Of a DNA stretch of 45,205 nt, positions 27,918 through 41,678 are shown in pieces. The stretch is from an uncultured Eubacteriales bacterium (GTDB lineage: Bacteria > Acidobacteriota > Aminicenantia > Aminicenantales > UBA4085), in NCBI GenBank assembly GCA_964411395.1, contig CAYPKX010000007.1:1-45205 (forward strand), read 5' to 3'. Position numbers and translations under genes: made by a program. The notes under the pieces are model-generated. The model did no database searches, was not told where the DNA came from, and saw only the letters and a list, made by a program, of their open reading frames with translations. Position 1 is the first letter of the stretch, and each line of letters begins with the position of its first letter.

Positions 27918-29291
27918 TTAAACCGGCTCGAACGTGGCCACGAACTGAGGCAGCTGGGCCGGGCGGTACACATAGCGGAGGCCGCGGATGGCCTCCCGCT
28001 TGCCGTAAAGCTCGATGACCGCTTCGGCGGCGTAATCGAGCTGGCTTTGGGTGTACACCCGGCGGGGGACGGCCAGGCGCATGAGGTCCATGTCGGGCCA
28101 GGTCCATTTTCCGGAAGCGGCCTCGTATCGGCCGCGCATGACGTTGCCCGTTTCCCAGGTCCGCACTCCGCTTTCGACGTAGAGGGCCACCGACAGCGAC
28201 CAGGCGGGCAGGTGCTCATCGGAAAGGTGCGGGCAAAAAGCCCGGCCGTCGATATAGATTGCGTGGGCCCCGAACGGTTTGATCACCGGGACGCCCGCCT
28301 CATCCAGAGCCCGGCCGAGCCGGGCGGTCGAGGCAATGCGGTAGTCGAGATAGCTTTCGTCGAGCATTTCATCCAAAGCCGCGGCCAGCGACTCGAGGTC
28401 GCGGCCGGCCAGCCCGCCGGCGCTCGGCACCCCCTCGGTGATCAGAAGCTGGACCCGGACTTTTTCAAACCAGGCCTGGTCCTTGAAGGTCATCAATCCG
28501 CCGGAGTTGCCCAGCCCGTCCTTTTTCAAGCTCATAAAGACACCGTCGACCAGGTCGAACATCTTCCGGGCGATGTCCCGGGGCGTCCAGTCCTTGTACG
28601 CCGGCTCCTTGAGCTTGATCAGGAAGGCGTTTTCGGCGAAGCGGGCGGCATCGAGAAGGAGCGGCACCTTGTACCGACGGCAGGCGTCGGCGGCGGCTTC
28701 GATGTTGGACAGAGCGACCGGCTGCCCGCCGCGGGAGTTGTCGGTAACGGTCAAGACGACGAAACGAACCTTTCCAGGATCGGCCGAGGCCAGGCTGCGC
28801 TCGAGACCGGCGATGTCGATATTTCCCTTGAACGGGAAAAGACTCGAACGATCGGTCGCTTCGGGAATCGGCAAATCGCGCCCCTCGGCGCCCGCCGCCT
28901 CGACATTCGCCCGGGTGGTTGAAAACAGGGTGTTGGCCAAAACGATATCCCCGGGCGCAAGCAAGGCCCGGCTGATGAGGTTTTCGGCGGCCCGGCCCTG
29001 GTGGCAGGGCAGAATGAATTCATGGCCGAAAAGCTCCCGAACGGCGTTCCGGAATCGATAAAAGCTTCGCGAACCGGTAAACGACTCGTCGGCCCCGAGC
29101 ATGCCCGACCACTGCCGGGTCGAAAGGGCCGACGTGCCCGAATCCGTCACCAGGTCGATCAGGACGCCTTCGGCCGGGAGCTGAAACGGATTGAAGCCGG
29201 CTTCACGGATCAGACGCTCGCGCTCTTCCCTGGTCGTCATGACCAGGGGTTCGATCATCCGGATGCGGAACGGTTCGATGACGGTCTTCAT
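27918..29291 (-). CDS. Beta-eliminating lyase: tryptophanase / tyrosine phenol-lyase family
   Basis: MKTVIEPFRIRMIEPLVMTTREERE…IDLVTDSGTSA…CHQGRAAENL…FMSLKKDGLGNSGGLM (PLP lysine) matches the TnaA/TPL pattern along the full ~457 aa. I chose the ATG at 29291 because of the GGAGG-5 nt-ATG spacing. The ORF-track start at 29369 adds an Arg-rich extension. Tryptophan versus tyrosine specificity cannot be decided by eye. Confidence 0.85.
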   Translation of the reverse strand: MKTVIEPFRIRMIEPLVMTTREERERLIREAGFNPFQLPAEGVLIDLVTDSGTSALSTRQWSGMLGADESFTGSRSFYRFRNAVRELFGHEFILPCHQGRAAENLISRALLAPGDIVLANTLFSTTRANVEAAGAEGRDLPIPEATDRSSLFPFKGNIDIAGLERSLASADPGKVRFVVLTVTDNSRGGQPVALSNIEAAADACRRYKVPLLLDAARFAENAFLIKLKEPAYKDWTPRDIARKMFDLVDGVFMSLKKDGLGNSGGLMTFKDQAWFEKVRVQLLITEGVPSAGGLAGRDLESLAAALDEMLDESYLDYRIASTARLGRALDEAGVPVIKPFGAHAIYIDGRAFCPHLSDEHLPAWSLSVALYVESGVRTWETGNVMRGRYEAASGKWTWPDMDLMRLAVPRRVYTQSQLDYAAEAVIELYGKREAIRGLRYVYRPAQLPQFVATFEPV

Positions 29292-29399
29292 GTCGGCCTC
29301 CATGTCCGCGAAATATAGCCCTCCCCGCCGTCTCTCGTCAACCCGCCCTTGCCTCGTCTCCCGGATCATGTTAGAAGTCCATCGTCAGGAGAAACGCCC

Positions 29400-30224
29400 A
29401 TGAATAAGAAAACGCCTCCGGTCGGCCTGATCGCCATTCTCGCCGTTTTCGCCTCCTTCCTCTTTCCCGCGGGAATCACGGCCCAAACACCCGACCGTTC
29501 GGTCGTCCTCGAGAACCTGACCTGGCCGGAGGCCGAACAGGTCCTGAAAAATTTCGACGTCGCCCTGATCGCCCTGGGCGCCCGGACCAAGGAGCACGGC
29601 CCGCACCTTCGTCTCAACAACGATTTTCTCATGGCCGAGTATCTCCTGAAACGCGTGTCGGCCGAGGTCCCGGTGGTCGTCCTGCCGACGCTCCAGTACG
29701 GATACTACCCGGCGTTTCTGGAATATCCCGGCTCGGTCTCGATCCAGGCCGAAACGTTTAAAAATGTCGTCTGCGACATCTGCCGGTCCCTGGGCCGGCA
29801 GGGGATGAAAAAATTCTACGTTCTCAACACCGGAGTTTCGACCGTTCCGCCGCTGGAAGCCGCGGCCAAGGAGCTGTCCTCCGGCGGATTGACCCTGCGC
29901 TACCTGAATATTCTCGAAGTCGACAAATCGCTCCCCGAAGGCCTTCTCAAACAGGACGGCGGCACGCACGCCGACGAGAGCGAGACTTCAATGATGCTGG
30001 TCATCGCCCCGGAAACCGTGGACATGTCCAAGGCGGTCAAGGATTTCGACCCGAGGACCGGCCGTCGCGGCCTGAACCGGAATCCGGACGGGCCCGGCCT
30101 TTACAGCCGGACGGGCATCTTCGGCGACCCGACGCTGGCCACCTTGGAAAAAGGCCGGATCATCGTCGAAGCGACGGTGAAAGAAACCATCCGGCAGGTC
30201 CGCGAACTGATGGCGGCCAAGTGA
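29400..30224 (+). CDS. Creatininase-family amidohydrolase with an N-terminal signal peptide
   Basis: AGGAGA RBS before the ATG at 29400. Signal peptide MNKKTPPVGLIAILAVFASFLFPAGITAQ. Metal-ligand motifs TKEHGPHLRLNNDF and GTHADESETSMML are typical of the creatininase/MftE family. Confidence 0.8.
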   Translation: MNKKTPPVGLIAILAVFASFLFPAGITAQTPDRSVVLENLTWPEAEQVLKNFDVALIALGARTKEHGPHLRLNNDFLMAEYLLKRVSAEVPVVVLPTLQYGYYPAFLEYPGSVSIQAETFKNVVCDICRSLGRQGMKKFYVLNTGVSTVPPLEAAAKELSSGGLTLRYLNILEVDKSLPEGLLKQDGGTHADESETSMMLVIAPETVDMSKAVKDFDPRTGRRGLNRNPDGPGLYSRTGIFGDPTLATLEKGRIIVEATVKETIRQVRELMAAK

Positions 30225-30228
30225 ATTT

Positions 30229-30912
30229 TTAGAAATAATATCGCAGCGCCGCCCGGGCCCCGAGACGATGTTGGATTCCGCGGGTTTCGGCCGTGTAGAT
30301 CATGACACAGGCGAGGCCGAAATCCTCGAAATAGCGAAAAAAGCCGATCGTATCGCGAAATTCGATCTCGACTCGCAGGCGCGGAGAGAGGTCATATATA
30401 AGGCCGGCGGCAAGCTCGGCCGACGGCCGGGCCTTTGAGCCGTTTTCCCCGGTCGAAAGCAGGGCCAGGCCGAAACCCGCGGCGGCGTAAGGGGAGACTC
30501 TCCCGCCCCCGAAGCCGCAGAGGAAGCGCACGCCGAAATTCCACAAGGCGGCGTCGGTCACGACGAACTCGCCCAAGGGCACGCCGGCAAATCCGATTCC
30601 GACATCGTCGACGATCCGGACCGGAGCCGTCGAAGCCGCGATCTGGAGCTCGAGACGCCGGCCGAGCCGGTATCCGAAGGACAACCCCCATTCCGGACCG
30701 GTCAGCTCAAGATACGATTTAACTTCAGGGACGTCGGCCGTGCCGGAAAGAGGATAAAGCGAGGCCAGCAAAACGCGGCCGCTGGATCCCGCCAAAGCGG
30801 CCAGGGAAAACCGGCTCGCCGGCGCGGCCTCGGCAGCCGGGGCCGATATAACGAATCCGGCGAGAAGCAGGGGGAATCCCGGAAAAAGCCGCTTTCTGGA
30901 TGCTCGTCTCAT
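30229..30912 (-). CDS. Outer-membrane beta-barrel protein (OmpW/OmpA-barrel-like)
   Basis: Signal peptide, alternating hydrophobic beta-strand pattern, Gly/aromatic girdles, and a C-terminal …ALRYYF signature (terminal Phe) typical of BAM substrates. Confidence 0.7.
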   Translation of the reverse strand: MRRASRKRLFPGFPLLLAGFVISAPAAEAAPASRFSLAALAGSSGRVLLASLYPLSGTADVPEVKSYLELTGPEWGLSFGYRLGRRLELQIAASTAPVRIVDDVGIGFAGVPLGEFVVTDAALWNFGVRFLCGFGGGRVSPYAAAGFGLALLSTGENGSKARPSAELAAGLIYDLSPRLRVEIEFRDTIGFFRYFEDFGLACVMIYTAETRGIQHRLGARAALRYYF

Positions 30913-30989
30913 GACAAGGAATGATTACCCTCCGAATGGATCAAAGTCAATTTCCACTCTTCTCACGCTTGAGCTCAGGGAGAAAAGAA

Positions 30990-32197
30990 TCAGGTTAATG
31001 GGTCTTGTGTCTCCATGATGTGACGGAAGAGCGCCTCGAGCGTCAGGGCTCCCGCCTTCCATTCGAATTCCGCTGCCCGTTTGAGACCGGCTTGGGACAG
31101 CCGGCCGCGCAGATCCGGCTGGGTCAGCAAGGAGGATATCCCCCGGGCGATGCTCTCCGAATCGAGCGGATCGACATAGAGGACCGCCTCCCCGCCCGCC
31201 TCCGGCAGCGCCCCGCCGGGCGACGTCAGGACCGGTGTCCCGCAGGCCATGGCTTCCAGCACCGGCAGGCCGAATCCCTCATAAAGCGAGGGCAGGGCGA
31301 ACATCGTCGCTTCGCGGTAAAGAGGGGCCCGGTCTTCCTCGTCCACATATCCGGGGAAACGCACCTGCTTTTCAACTCCCAAACGGGCGACCCGGTCGAA
31401 GATGTCCTTGTTTTTCCACCCCTTTCCCCCGGCAATCACCAGCGGAAAACCGGCCCTGAGGTCCTCGGGAAGGGAGGCATAAGCTTCGATCAGACGAACG
31501 AAATTTTTCCGCGGCTCGAGCGTGCTCAAGGAAAAGATGTAGCCGCCGTCCAGGCCGTATTTTTTTCGGACCGCTTTCCGCACGGCCTCAGGAATATCCG
31601 CCTTGAAAATGCCGTGATCGACGGCCGGGCGAACGACGACGATTTTCTCCAAAGGCACGCCGAAGGCTTGATGGAGGTCGTTTTTCATAAAATCCGAAAT
31701 CACCACAATCCGGGAAGCCCGGCGCAGGGTTCTCGGCACATACCGTTTTAAAAACAGATGATCCCGGCCCTGAAGCGTCCCGGGATGCTTGAGAAAACCG
31801 AAATCGAAGATGACGGGAACGTAAGGGGAGCGGGCCAACGGCTCGCCGACATAGCTGGGGAAGAAATACAGGCGGTTTTTTCTCGAACCGAAGGCGTCCA
31901 ACGGAAACGGCGGCCGAAGGCCCAGCCGCCGGAGAAAGGTATGGACCGCTCCGGGCAGCAGCCGCCGATGGAATTCGAGCCCGGCTCCCGGAAGGCCGGC
32001 CAGCAGCGACGATTCCCGATCCGTCGGCGGCCGGCCGGGCTTGAGAAAAAACCGGAACACGAGAAACTTGACCGGAAAAGAACCGGGGAGGCCGGCATAG
32101 GCCTTGAGAAGCTCCCGGGTGTAATAGCCTTCCCCGCTCCAGGGCGGATAAAGGGCGCTCGGCTCGATGAGCAGGTCGGGGACCTCCGCGGGGTTCA

Positions 32198-32198
<1 letters not shown>
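30990..32198 (-). CDS. Glycosyltransferase family 4, translationally coupled to atpC
   Basis: LPSLYEGFGLPVLEAMACGTPVLTSPGGALPEAGG (E-x7-E). The ATG at 32198 overlaps the atpC TGA by 1 nt (GTGATGA); the alternative GTG at 32201 overlaps by 4 nt. Confidence 0.8.
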
Positions 32199-36872
<4,674 letters not shown>

Positions 36873-36895
<23 letters not shown>

Positions 36896-37472
36896 GGATC
36901 GATTTCAACCGTTCAATGGACCGGTCGATCAAGGCCGACTGGTCGTCCGGGCTCAACCGCTTTTTTATCTGCTCTTCGGCCAGGCCGGCGGCCAGCTCGG
37001 CCGTATATTCCTTGAGCTCTCTGACCCCGGCCTGAAGCCGGACGGCCACTTCCTGGGCGGCCAGCGTCCTGATCCGCTCGGCTTCCCTGGCCGAAAGAGC
37101 CCGAATCCGCTCTGTCTCGGCCCGGCCGTCGGCGGCAGCCTGCTCTCTCATCCTGGCCGCTTCGTTTTCCAGGGCGGTGGCCCGGGCCTGGGCTTCGGCC
37201 AGCTTGGCTTCGGCTTTTTCCCGGTCCTCCCGGGCATCCTCGAGGACGATTCTGACGACATCGGTCTTTTTCGTCAGCATCTCGCCGAGGGGTTTTCGAA
37301 GGACGAAAAACAGGGCGCCGAACAGGACGGCAAAATTGATGACCTTCCAGATGAAACCGGAGCCGCCCGATGGGTGCCCGGCCCCCGCGTGTTCCTCGGC
37401 GGCGGATAAAGCCGCCGGCCCGATCAGAGCGAAAACAAGAAGCGAAACGGCGAGGAGACGGGCTTTTCTCAT
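36873..37472 (-). CDS. atpF: Fo ATP synthase b subunit
   Basis: One TM helix (VINFAVLFGALFFVLRKPL) followed by a long Ala/Glu/Arg-rich helix. An extra N-terminal signal-like segment is present. Operon position supports the call. Confidence 0.8.
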
Positions 37473-37891
37473 AACCGTTTCATCAGCTTTTCTTCGATTT
37501 TTACGGCCAGCGGGCCGGCTTCGGCCCGAAGCTCTTCCTTCAGGCGGGCCACCTCGGCTTCAAAAGCCGCCCGGGCATTGTCGATCTCCGATTTGGCCGC
37601 CGCTCCGGCTTCCGCCACCAGCTTGGATTTCTCCTTGAGGGCTTCCATCTCAATCTGGGCCCGGATATCCTCGGCCTCCTGACGGGCGGCGCGAAGCCCC
37701 GCCTCAACCTCATGCAGCCGCCGGGCGGTCTCATCCAGGGCCGATTGGGCCCGGCCCAGATCGCTGCGGAGCTTCTCTTCTCGCTCATCCATCACTTTTC
37801 TCAAGGGGCGGAAAAAGACCTTGGTCAGGACCAGGACTAAAACCCAGACCAGGACGAAAGTCACGATGACGGTCGCGTCGATATCAAGCAT
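37469..37891 (-). CDS. atpF2: Fo ATP synthase b' subunit (second b-type stator)
   Basis: 140 aa. TM helix VIVTFVLVWVLVLVLTKVFFRPL plus a coiled-coil tail. 4-nt overlap with the atpF start. Confidence 0.8.
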   Translation of the reverse strand: MLDIDATVIVTFVLVWVLVLVLTKVFFRPLRKVMDEREEKLRSDLGRAQSALDETARRLHEVEAGLRAARQEAEDIRAQIEMEALKEKSKLVAEAGAAAKSEIDNARAAFEAEVARLKEELRAEAGPLAVKIEEKLMKRL

Positions 37892-37976
37892 GAGATTTCG
37901 ATCCGCGAATTTTTTAGAATCCAGAGTTTAGCACACCGTTCCGCTAAAAACCAGACAAAGAAACCCCCGCCCGCGC

Positions 37977-39308
37977 TCAGCCGCCGAAACCGATTTTTTT
38001 CATTTCGCCGACGAGAAAAAGGCTGCCGGTGACAAAAACCGTCCCGTCCCGTCCGGCCGCCCGGCGGGCTTGAGTCAAAGCTTCGGCCGGATCGGAGAGG
38101 ACGGAAATCCGGGTGGAAAATTGCCGCGCCGCCTTCTGAATCTCGTCGGGCGAAGCCGCCCGGGGGTAGGGAATCGTTGTCAGGAAGATGCGGGCCGCCC
38201 GGGGAAAAAGCAAACGGGCCACCCGTGCCAGGGCCTTGTCCTTCATCATCGCCAGAACGAGGACCGGAGGTTTCCGGCAGGTCTCATCGATAAAAGCGGC
38301 CAGGGCCGAGGCCCCGTTTTCGTTATGGGCCCCGTCCAGATAAACGCTCGGACGGCGGCCGACGAGTTCGAGACGGCCTTCCCAGCAGACCTCTCGAATT
38401 CCCTCCTCGATGGCCGGCCGATCGAGCGAAATTCCCAAGCGTTTAAGAACGGAAGCGGCGGCGGCGGCGACGGCCGCATTCCGGATTTGATGAGCTCCGG
38501 CAAGGCCGGGGGAGAGGCGGAAGATTTCTCCGCCGAGCCGATAGACGGCCCTCGGTCGGGCGCCGCCCGAGCCCGTTTCGAGCAACGTTTCCTTGCCGAA
38601 AACCTCGATCAAGGGCGCTTTTACCGCGCGGGCCCGGTCGCGGATTACGTTTCGGGCCGGGCCTCCGGAAACGCCGCTGACGACGGGAACTCCGGGCTTG
38701 ATGATCCCGGCCTTCTCAAAAGCGATATCGCCCAGGGTCTTCCCGAGGTAGGACTGGTGGTCGAGGGCGATATTCGTGACGACGGAAACGAGGGGCGTAA
38801 CGACATTGGTGGCGTCGAATCGGCCGCCCATCCCGACTTCGAGCACCGCGATATCCACATGCTTCTCTCGAAAATACAGCCAAGCCGCGGCCGTCAGAAC
38901 CTCGAAAAAAGTCGGCGAGACGTCGAGCTCCCCGGCGGCGAGAAGCTCTTCGATTTTATTTTTGACGGCGGCGAGGATTCGGCGAAAATCCCGGTCCGGG
39001 ATCATCCGCCCGCCGACACGAATCCGCTCCTCGACCCGGACGAGATGCGGCGAGGTGTAGAGACCGGCCTTGAGGCCGCTTCGGACGAAGATTTCCGACA
39101 GCATCGCCGAAACCGATCCCTTTCCGTTTGTCCCGGCCACATGGACCGAGGGAAAGGCACGGTGCGGGTCTCCCAGGGAACTCAACAGGACCCGCATGGA
39201 CTCGAGGCCCAGCTTGATGCCGAACCGTTGGAGGTCACGGAGGTAGAGCCGGGCGGAGGATGCGGAAAGAATCCCCGCCGGAGACGCGGCGGGCCGGAGC
39301 CTTGTCAC
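37977..39308 (-). CDS. folC: Bifunctional folylpolyglutamate synthase / dihydrofolate synthase
   Basis: HVAGTNGKGS (Mur-ligase P-loop), IAVLEVGMGGRFDATN, DGAHN. Located downstream of accD, as in many bacteria. 4-nt overlap with the accD stop. Confidence 0.9.
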   Translation of the reverse strand: MTRLRPAASPAGILSASSARLYLRDLQRFGIKLGLESMRVLLSSLGDPHRAFPSVHVAGTNGKGSVSAMLSEIFVRSGLKAGLYTSPHLVRVEERIRVGGRMIPDRDFRRILAAVKNKIEELLAAGELDVSPTFFEVLTAAAWLYFREKHVDIAVLEVGMGGRFDATNVVTPLVSVVTNIALDHQSYLGKTLGDIAFEKAGIIKPGVPVVSGVSGGPARNVIRDRARAVKAPLIEVFGKETLLETGSGGARPRAVYRLGGEIFRLSPGLAGAHQIRNAAVAAAAASVLKRLGISLDRPAIEEGIREVCWEGRLELVGRRPSVYLDGAHNENGASALAAFIDETCRKPPVLVLAMMKDKALARVARLLFPRAARIFLTTIPYPRAASPDEIQKAARQFSTRISVLSDPAEALTQARRAAGRDGTVFVTGSLFLVGEMKKIGFGG

Positions 39309-40096
39309 GCGGGCTTGTTGAGAAAAAGCCGGAGCGCCCGGACCAGGTAAGGCTTGAGATTTTTTCTGGGAACGACGTCGTCGAGCATCCCATGGCTCAG
39401 GAGAAATTCCGAGCGCTGGAAGCCCTTGGGAAGCTTTTCCTTGATGGTTTGTTCGATGACCCGGGGGCCGGCGAATCCGATCAAGGCGTTGGGCTCGGCG
39501 ATGTTCAGATCCCCGAGCATGGCGAAGCTGGCCGTGACCCCTCCGGTCGTGGGATCGGCCATGACGGAAATGAACGGCAAACCGGCTTTTTCCAAACGGC
39601 CCAGGGCGGCCGAAGTTTTCGCCATCTGCATCAGGCTGAGGGCGCCTTCCTGCATCCGGGCGCCGCCGGAACAGGAAACGATCAGATAAGGGATCTTCTC
39701 GGCGATGGCCCGTTCGACGGCCCGGGCGATTTTTTCTCCGACGACCGAGCCCATGCTCCCGCCCATAAAAGCGAAATCGAGAGCCGAGATCGCCACCCGG
39801 ATCCCGCCCATCGTCCCTGTCCCGTTGACCACGGCCTCGGGAAGGTGGGTCTTCTTTTGATTATCGGCCAGACGTTTGGCGTAGGGCTGGCTGTCGACAA
39901 ATTGAAGAGGATCCAAAGGCTTGATCTCATGATCGTGGATGTCGAATTGGGCCTCGTCGAAGAGGAGGGCGAGCCATTCCGAAGCCGAAAGACGGAAATG
40001 GAAGGCACAGGCCGGGCAAACGGAATGATTATCCAGAATATCCTCCTTGTAGAGGATCCGCTGGCAATTGTTGCATCGTGTCCACAAACTGCTCAT
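39305..40096 (-). CDS. accD: Acetyl-CoA carboxylase carboxyltransferase beta subunit
   Basis: N-terminal C4 zinc ribbon CNNCQRILYKEDILDNHSVCPACAFHFR. Carboxyltransferase core FAFMGGSMGSVVGEKI…SCSGGARMQEG. Confidence 0.93.
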   Translation of the reverse strand: MSSLWTRCNNCQRILYKEDILDNHSVCPACAFHFRLSASEWLALLFDEAQFDIHDHEIKPLDPLQFVDSQPYAKRLADNQKKTHLPEAVVNGTGTMGGIRVAISALDFAFMGGSMGSVVGEKIARAVERAIAEKIPYLIVSCSGGARMQEGALSLMQMAKTSAALGRLEKAGLPFISVMADPTTGGVTASFAMLGDLNIAEPNALIGFAGPRVIEQTIKEKLPKGFQRSEFLLSHGMLDDVVPRKNLKPYLVRALRLFLNKPA

Positions 40097-40133
40097 GATG
40101 GTTCAAGAGTCTAACAGCATGGCCGAACGGCTG

Positions 40134-40607
40134 TCAACCTTGGGCTGAAGCCTGAGACGCGCTCTTTACGAGCCGGTCGGAGAGAAAGCGGACGACCTCG
40201 GCGGCCGTCGGAAGGTCCACCCCGAAGTCGGACTTTTCCTTGAGCAGGTCCAGGGCGGTCTGGAGAAGGTGGTCGTTGTTGAAGGGTTTCTCGAAGTAAG
40301 CCGCCGCCCCGAAGGATGTCAGGGCTTCATGCTTGTATTGCGGGCCGCGGTAGAGGCCGGTGACGATGATCACCGATGTCCGGCCCTTGGACTCCTGGGA
40401 AATGCGCTTGGTCAGATCGAAGCCGTGAAGCTTGGGAAGGATGGCCTCGAGGATGACCAGGTCGGGATTCTCGATTTTAAAAGATTCATAGGCGGTCGTC
40501 CCGTCGGCAGCCAGGAGGATGCGGTACCGGTAGGGAGCGAAAAGCTGGGCCAGCGCGTCCCGGTTTTTCGTGTCGTAGTCGACCAGAAGGATCTTTTTTT
40601 CGGCCAT
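40134..40607 (-). CDS. Single-domain response-regulator receiver protein with a non-canonical (Glu) phospho-acceptor position
   Basis: KKILLVDYDTKNRD…NPDLVILEAILPKLHGFDL…VIIVTG…YFEKPF aligns with CheY-type receivers. The acceptor Asp position is E54, and the second acidic-pocket Asp is Y11. Confidence 0.8.
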   Translation of the reverse strand: MAEKKILLVDYDTKNRDALAQLFAPYRYRILLAADGTTAYESFKIENPDLVILEAILPKLHGFDLTKRISQESKGRTSVIIVTGLYRGPQYKHEALTSFGAAAYFEKPFNNDHLLQTALDLLKEKSDFGVDLPTAAEVVRFLSDRLVKSASQASAQG

Positions 40608-40693
40608 GGGAGGGCTCGATAGCCCCCATTATGGCCGAATCGGCCTGAAAATTCAATTCTTTCGCAAAATGTGCTATATTGGCCCGGAAATCG

Positions 40694-41668
40694 ATGAAAC
40701 CAACCGTCGCCCTCTCCATCGTCGTCCCCGTTTTCAACGAGGAAAAGAACCTTCACCGGCTCTACGAAGAGATCACCGCCGCCTGTGGAAAGCTCGACCG
40801 GACCTATGAGATCATCCTGGTCGACGACGGCAGCCGGGACGGATCTCTGGCCGTCCTGAGAGAGATCCAGGCCTCCGATTCCCATGTCCGGATATTCCGC
40901 CTGCGTAAAAACTTCGGCCAGACGGCCGCCCTGTCGGCCGGATTCGACAACGCCCGGGGAGAGATCATCGTCACCCTGGATTCCGACTTGGAGAACGACC
41001 CTAACGATATCGGACTGCTCGTGGGCAAAATCGAAGAGGGCTATGATCTGGTCAGCGGATGGCGCAAGGACCGCTGGAAAAAGCACTTTTTCAGCCGCCG
41101 CCTGCCCTCCCTGACGGCCAACTGGCTGATTTCCAACATCACCAAGGTCCGCCTCCGCGATTACGGCTGCACCCTGAAGGCTTTTCGCCGCGAGGTGGTC
41201 GAGAATATCAAGCTCTACGGCGAAATGCACCGCTTCATCCCGGCCATCGCCGCCACCATCGGGGTCCATATCGCCGAAGTGCCGGTCAATTTCAGGCCCC
41301 GCATCCACGGCAAGTCGAAATACGGCCTTTCCCGTTCGATCCGGGTCTTTCTCGACCTCCTGACGGTGAAATTTCTTCTCAGCTACTCGACCCGCCCCCT
41401 CCAGATTTTTGGTTTGATGGGGCTGATCTCCGGGGCGGCCGGCGTGATCATCGGCCTGGTCCTCTCCTACCAGCGGCTCTTCATGCAAGTCGGCATCGGC
41501 AACCGCCCGCTCCTCCTTCTGGCCATCCTCTTGATGGTCGTCGGATTCCAATTCGTGACCATGGGCCTTCTGGGGGAAATCATGGTCCGGGCCTATCACG
41601 AATCGTCGGACAAGCCCATTTATGTCGTCCGAGAGGTCATCGAATCCGAATCACCCGAGACCGAGTGA
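40694..41668 (+). CDS. GT2 polyprenyl-phosphate glycosyltransferase (GtrB/ArnC/DPM1-like) with two C-terminal TM helices
   Basis: LSIVVPVFNEEKNL, IILVDDGSRDGS, VTLDSDLEND (DxD), and C-terminal helices IFGLMGLISGAAGVIIGLVL / LLLLAILLMVVGFQFVTMGLLGE. I prefer the ATG at 40694 over the TTG at 40679. Confidence 0.85.
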   Translation: MKPTVALSIVVPVFNEEKNLHRLYEEITAACGKLDRTYEIILVDDGSRDGSLAVLREIQASDSHVRIFRLRKNFGQTAALSAGFDNARGEIIVTLDSDLENDPNDIGLLVGKIEEGYDLVSGWRKDRWKKHFFSRRLPSLTANWLISNITKVRLRDYGCTLKAFRREVVENIKLYGEMHRFIPAIAATIGVHIAEVPVNFRPRIHGKSKYGLSRSIRVFLDLLTVKFLLSYSTRPLQIFGLMGLISGAAGVIIGLVLSYQRLFMQVGIGNRPLLLLAILLMVVGFQFVTMGLLGEIMVRAYHESSDKPIYVVREVIESESPETE

Positions 41669-41678
41669 GCCCGTCGCG

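Noticed and set aside
37892-37976. Possible promoter or terminator between folC and atpF'.
   Set aside because: Only poorly spaced hexamers are present (TTGTCT…TAAACT, 22 nt apart), and there is no hairpin plus U-tract. Evidence is too weak to annotate.
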